From Gemmatimonadota bacterium (GTDB taxonomy: Bacteria > Gemmatimonadota > Gemmatimonadetes > Gemmatimonadales > Gemmatimonadaceae): a DNA stretch of 64,000 nucleotides. The notes below the pieces were generated by a model that saw nothing but the letters and a program-made list of their open reading frames with translations, ran no database searches and was not told the origin of the DNA. The DNA is taken from contig JBKOYV010000160.1 of assembly GCA_046725585.1 (NCBI GenBank), positions 2,742 through 66,741 on the forward strand, read 5' to 3'. The translations under genes and the position numbers were made by a program. This document shows, one piece after another, positions 61,889 to 64,000 of this stretch; within the stretch, counting starts at the first letter, position 1; every line of letters begins with the position of its first letter.

Positions 61889-62290
61889 TCAACCGGTCGG
61901 CTGCGCGAACATCACCACGTGCCCGCCCGGCTCCCGCACGCCGATCTCGTCCATCCCGTAGAACGTCTGGCGCCGCGGCACCACGACCTCCACACCTTCG
62001 AGCGCGCGCACGACGCTCTCGATGTCGCTCACCTCGATGAAGAACCCTGCTCCGTGCCCGTGCGCACGCGGCACGAGCCCCGCCGCGTCCTTCTCGACGC
62101 TCTCGTGCGTCTGGTACATCACCTCGACGTTGTCCTTGGCGAGGATGACGAATCCGAGGCGGTCGCCTTCCGGAACCTCGGCGGTTTTCGTGAACCCCAG
62201 CCGCTCCCAGAACGGCAGGCACGATTCGATGGCGTCTACCATGATCACGGGGCTCAGCTTCTTCATGGCGCTCTGTTGCATGGTCTGCAT
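61889..62290 (-). CDS. VOC/glyoxalase/bleomycin-resistance-family protein
   Basis: ..VIMVDAIESCLPFWERLGF.., ..GFFIEVSDIESV.., ..QTFYGMDEIGVREPGGHVVMF... Start uncertain (several in-frame ATGs). Confidence 0.75.
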   Translation of the reverse strand: MQTMQQSAMKKLSPVIMVDAIESCLPFWERLGFTKTAEVPEGDRLGFVILAKDNVEVMYQTHESVEKDAAGLVPRAHGHGAGFFIEVSDIESVVRALEGVEVVVPRRQTFYGMDEIGVREPGGHVVMFAQPTG

Positions 62291-62373
62291 GGTTGGTCGG
62301 TGCTCCGTTTCAGGTTGCTGGCAACGAAGCTATCGGCTTCGATGGCCGAGGTCTTGGAAAAATGGAACTGCTC

Positions 62374-62578
62374 GGGAGACGGGAAGCGGGAGGCGGGAGG
62401 CGGGAAGCGAAGGCGGGAACCGCGAACGGGGAACCGGGAGCCGTGCTGCTCTACCGGGAACCTGAGGATCCTTCGCTTCGCTCAGGATGACTAAGCCTGT
62501 CATTCCGAGCGCAGCGAGGAATCCTCATTCTCCTGGTAGAGGGCTCCTGTTCCCGGTTCCCCGTTCCCGGTTCCCGCC
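62374..62578. repeat. about 200-bp nested palindrome: GGGAAGC/GGGAACC heptad arms around two back-to-back hairpin-repeat half-sites (copy f, 62461..62528)
   Basis: The left arm GGGAGAC GGGAAGC GGGAGGC GGGAGGC GGGAAGC ..GGCGGGAACCGCGAACGGGGAACCGGGAG pairs with the right arm CTCCTGTTCCCGGTTCCCCGTTCCCGGTTCCCGCC. The core is ..GAGGATCCTTCGCTTCGCTCAGGATGAC-TAAGCCT-GTCATTCCGAGCGCAGCGAGGAATCCTC... Confidence 0.8.
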
Positions 62579-63406
62579 TTACCCCCGATGCCAAGCCGTT
62601 GGAGTAACCCCGGTCAGCTCTCGAAATTCATCGACCAGATGTGACTGGTCGTAGTACCCCACCTCCAGAGCCAGCGCGCTCCAGTTGATTGCCTCACCAG
62701 CCGGCAACGCGCGCGCCCGATCGATCACGCGGCCCAACCGCACCACCCGCGCGAACGTCTTCGGCGACACCCCCACGAGCTGCGAGAACCGCCGTGCCAG
62801 ATGCTGGCGCGTGACGCCTAACGCCGGAGCCAGCCGGGTGATGCCGAGACTTCCTCCGGCCGCGACGATCCGGCGTATCGCCTCGTCCACGTCGTACTGT
62901 GCCGACACAGCACTCGGCGACACGCGAGCCGCGAGCACCCGTTCGAGTGCCCGCACCCGCTCCACCGCGCCGGCGCTCACCGCGAGCGCGTCACGAACCT
63001 CGCCGGCATCGAGCCACAGCGCATCGAGCGGCACGCGCAGGTCCGTGAGCTCGTTCGCCGGGACGCTCAGGAACGCCGCGGCCTTCCCCGGGTGAAACCG
63101 CACGCCCACGAAGCACTCCGGCGATGCCCCGGGCTCGAGAACGAGCGCGCGCGTCATCGTCCCGACAGCCATCGCCGATTCCGGTTCGTCCGCCTGCCCC
63201 GAAAACCCGAGCACCACGTCGATGCACCCATCCGGCAGCACGCGGTGTACTGATGGGCTCGCGGGCTCGCGACCCACTGCCGGGTCGCGCGTCCAGAAGC
63301 ATTCCACGAACGGGCGAAGCTTCTCGGACGGCGCGTATTCGCGATAGCTCGCCGGCGTGAGCGGCTGCGGGCCGGGCGGCGGCGGTCCTCCGGCGGGGGC
63401 GGTCAT
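62579..63406 (-). CDS. AraC-family transcriptional regulator
   Basis: C-terminal double HTH (..ITRLAPALGVTRQHLARRFSQLVGVSPKTFARVVRL.., ..LALEVGYYDQSHLVDEFRELTGVTP..). Confidence 0.85.
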   Translation of the reverse strand: MTAPAGGPPPPGPQPLTPASYREYAPSEKLRPFVECFWTRDPAVGREPASPSVHRVLPDGCIDVVLGFSGQADEPESAMAVGTMTRALVLEPGASPECFVGVRFHPGKAAAFLSVPANELTDLRVPLDALWLDAGEVRDALAVSAGAVERVRALERVLAARVSPSAVSAQYDVDEAIRRIVAAGGSLGITRLAPALGVTRQHLARRFSQLVGVSPKTFARVVRLGRVIDRARALPAGEAINWSALALEVGYYDQSHLVDEFRELTGVTPTAWHRG

Positions 63407-63592
63407 CGATCACAGCCTACCGGGCGGAAACCGGCGGCTCAAGGGGGTCGCCCGTTTCGTGGAGTGCACTGCTACGTCATTTCACCGGGGCTCCTACGTA
63501 CGGTGGCCGATCCACGTCCCGCGAGGTCCGCGGTATCGTCACCAGGAACCCGCGTCATGCCTGGCCGCACCGGTTCTTCGTCGGAGACGCCA

Positions 63593-64000
63593 ATGCACCA
63601 CACATCCATCGTGCGATCGATCGCCCGGCTCGCGACCACCCTGCTCGCGGAGCTTGGAGCCATCGCGGGCACCACGGGGATCGTCGCCGCACAGCACCCG
63701 GCGCCGACACCGAAGACCGTGACCATCCGCGTCGCCGACTCCACGCAGGTGCAGGTGATTCGCCTGAGGGACGGCTCGTCGATCGTCGGTCGCGTCACGG
63801 AAATCGGCACCGACACGATCCGCTTCGCCGCCACGGGTGGCACGCTCTCGCTCACCCGCGCCGACATCGTCGGCGTGCGCGACGTCGCGAAGTCCTCGAT
63901 GCGTGACGGCGAGGTCTGGCCCGCCAACCCTAACGCGACCCGACTGTTCTTCGCGCCGACCGGTCGGATGCTCGCTCAGGGCGAGGGCTACTTCAACGAC
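63593..64000 (+). CDS. hypothetical secreted protein, 3'-truncated by the window edge
   Basis: Not in the ORF track because there is no stop. ATG 63593, MHHTSIVRSIARLATTLLAELGAIAGTTGIVAAQ (signal-like), then beta-rich sequence in frame through nt 64000. The 151-aa minus-strand ORF there looks like a shadow. Confidence 0.45.
   Translation, partial: MHHTSIVRSIARLATTLLAELGAIAGTTGIVAAQHPAPTPKTVTIRVADSTQVQVIRLRDGSSIVGRVTEIGTDTIRFAATGGTLSLTRADIVGVRDVAKSSMRDGEVWPANPNATRLFFAPTGRMLAQGEGYFND

Noticed and set aside
1-64000. GTTAGGC motif as a telomere-type (TTAGGC)n repeat, or as a Chi/KOPS-type polar motif
   Set aside because: Copies are single units apart from two 13-mers and are never tandem arrays. 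The orientation ratio is 33:27 within one contiguous 64-kb stretch, so there is no strand polarity of the kind expected for Chi or FtsK-orienting sequences.

Overview
High-G+C (about 68-70% by eye) bacterial chromosomal window. It is densely coding, with about 57 CDS, and I saw no rRNA, tRNA, CRISPR, transposase or integrase. The gene content suggests a Gemmatimonadota/Acidobacteriota-like soil bacterium: five ADOP-type MacB/FtsX 'duplicated orphan permeases' (two translationally coupled to PadR regulators), a tricorn-type protease, DUF5916, a TonB receptor with DUF4249, and many two-component systems. Most genes are ordinary. Five things stand out. (1) The octamer CGTTAGGC/GCCTAACG (7-mer core GTTAGGC) occurs about 60 times, roughly one per kb and about 10-20x over a rough composition expectation. 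It is strand-symmetric, evenly spaced, and written into ORFs with rare codons (TTA-GGC Leu-Gly, CCT-AAC, CTA-ACG) or used as stop codons. (2) A seven-gene operon at 54.9-61.5 kb has no NRPS or PKS megasynthase. It encodes a PPTase, a KAS III-like enzyme, a thioester-reductase-type SDR, a carrier domain fused to an aaRS-like amino acid:[carrier protein] ligase, a methyltransferase, a ferritin-like protein, and a diiron protein fused to a second carrier domain. This is the best candidate for an undescribed biosynthetic system. (3) An ECF-like sigma factor is translationally coupled to a LexA-type S24 autopeptidase that lacks an HTH. The pair is bracketed by two copies of a perfect 17-mer palindromic box and sits next to a phage-like gene. 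(4) The intergenic architecture is unusual. There are heptad (GGGNNNN)n arrays with G-quadruplex potential abutting start codons. Inverted heptad arms bracket a frameshifted four-helix-bundle (23S-IVS-type) gene and a response-regulator gene. There are 150-300 bp nested palindromes and a six-copy GTCATCC..GGATGAC hairpin repeat family. (5) An orphan 497-aa protein carries a nuclease-like C-terminal module. All calls come from reading the ORF translations and the DNA. No database search was run, so family names are recognition-based.
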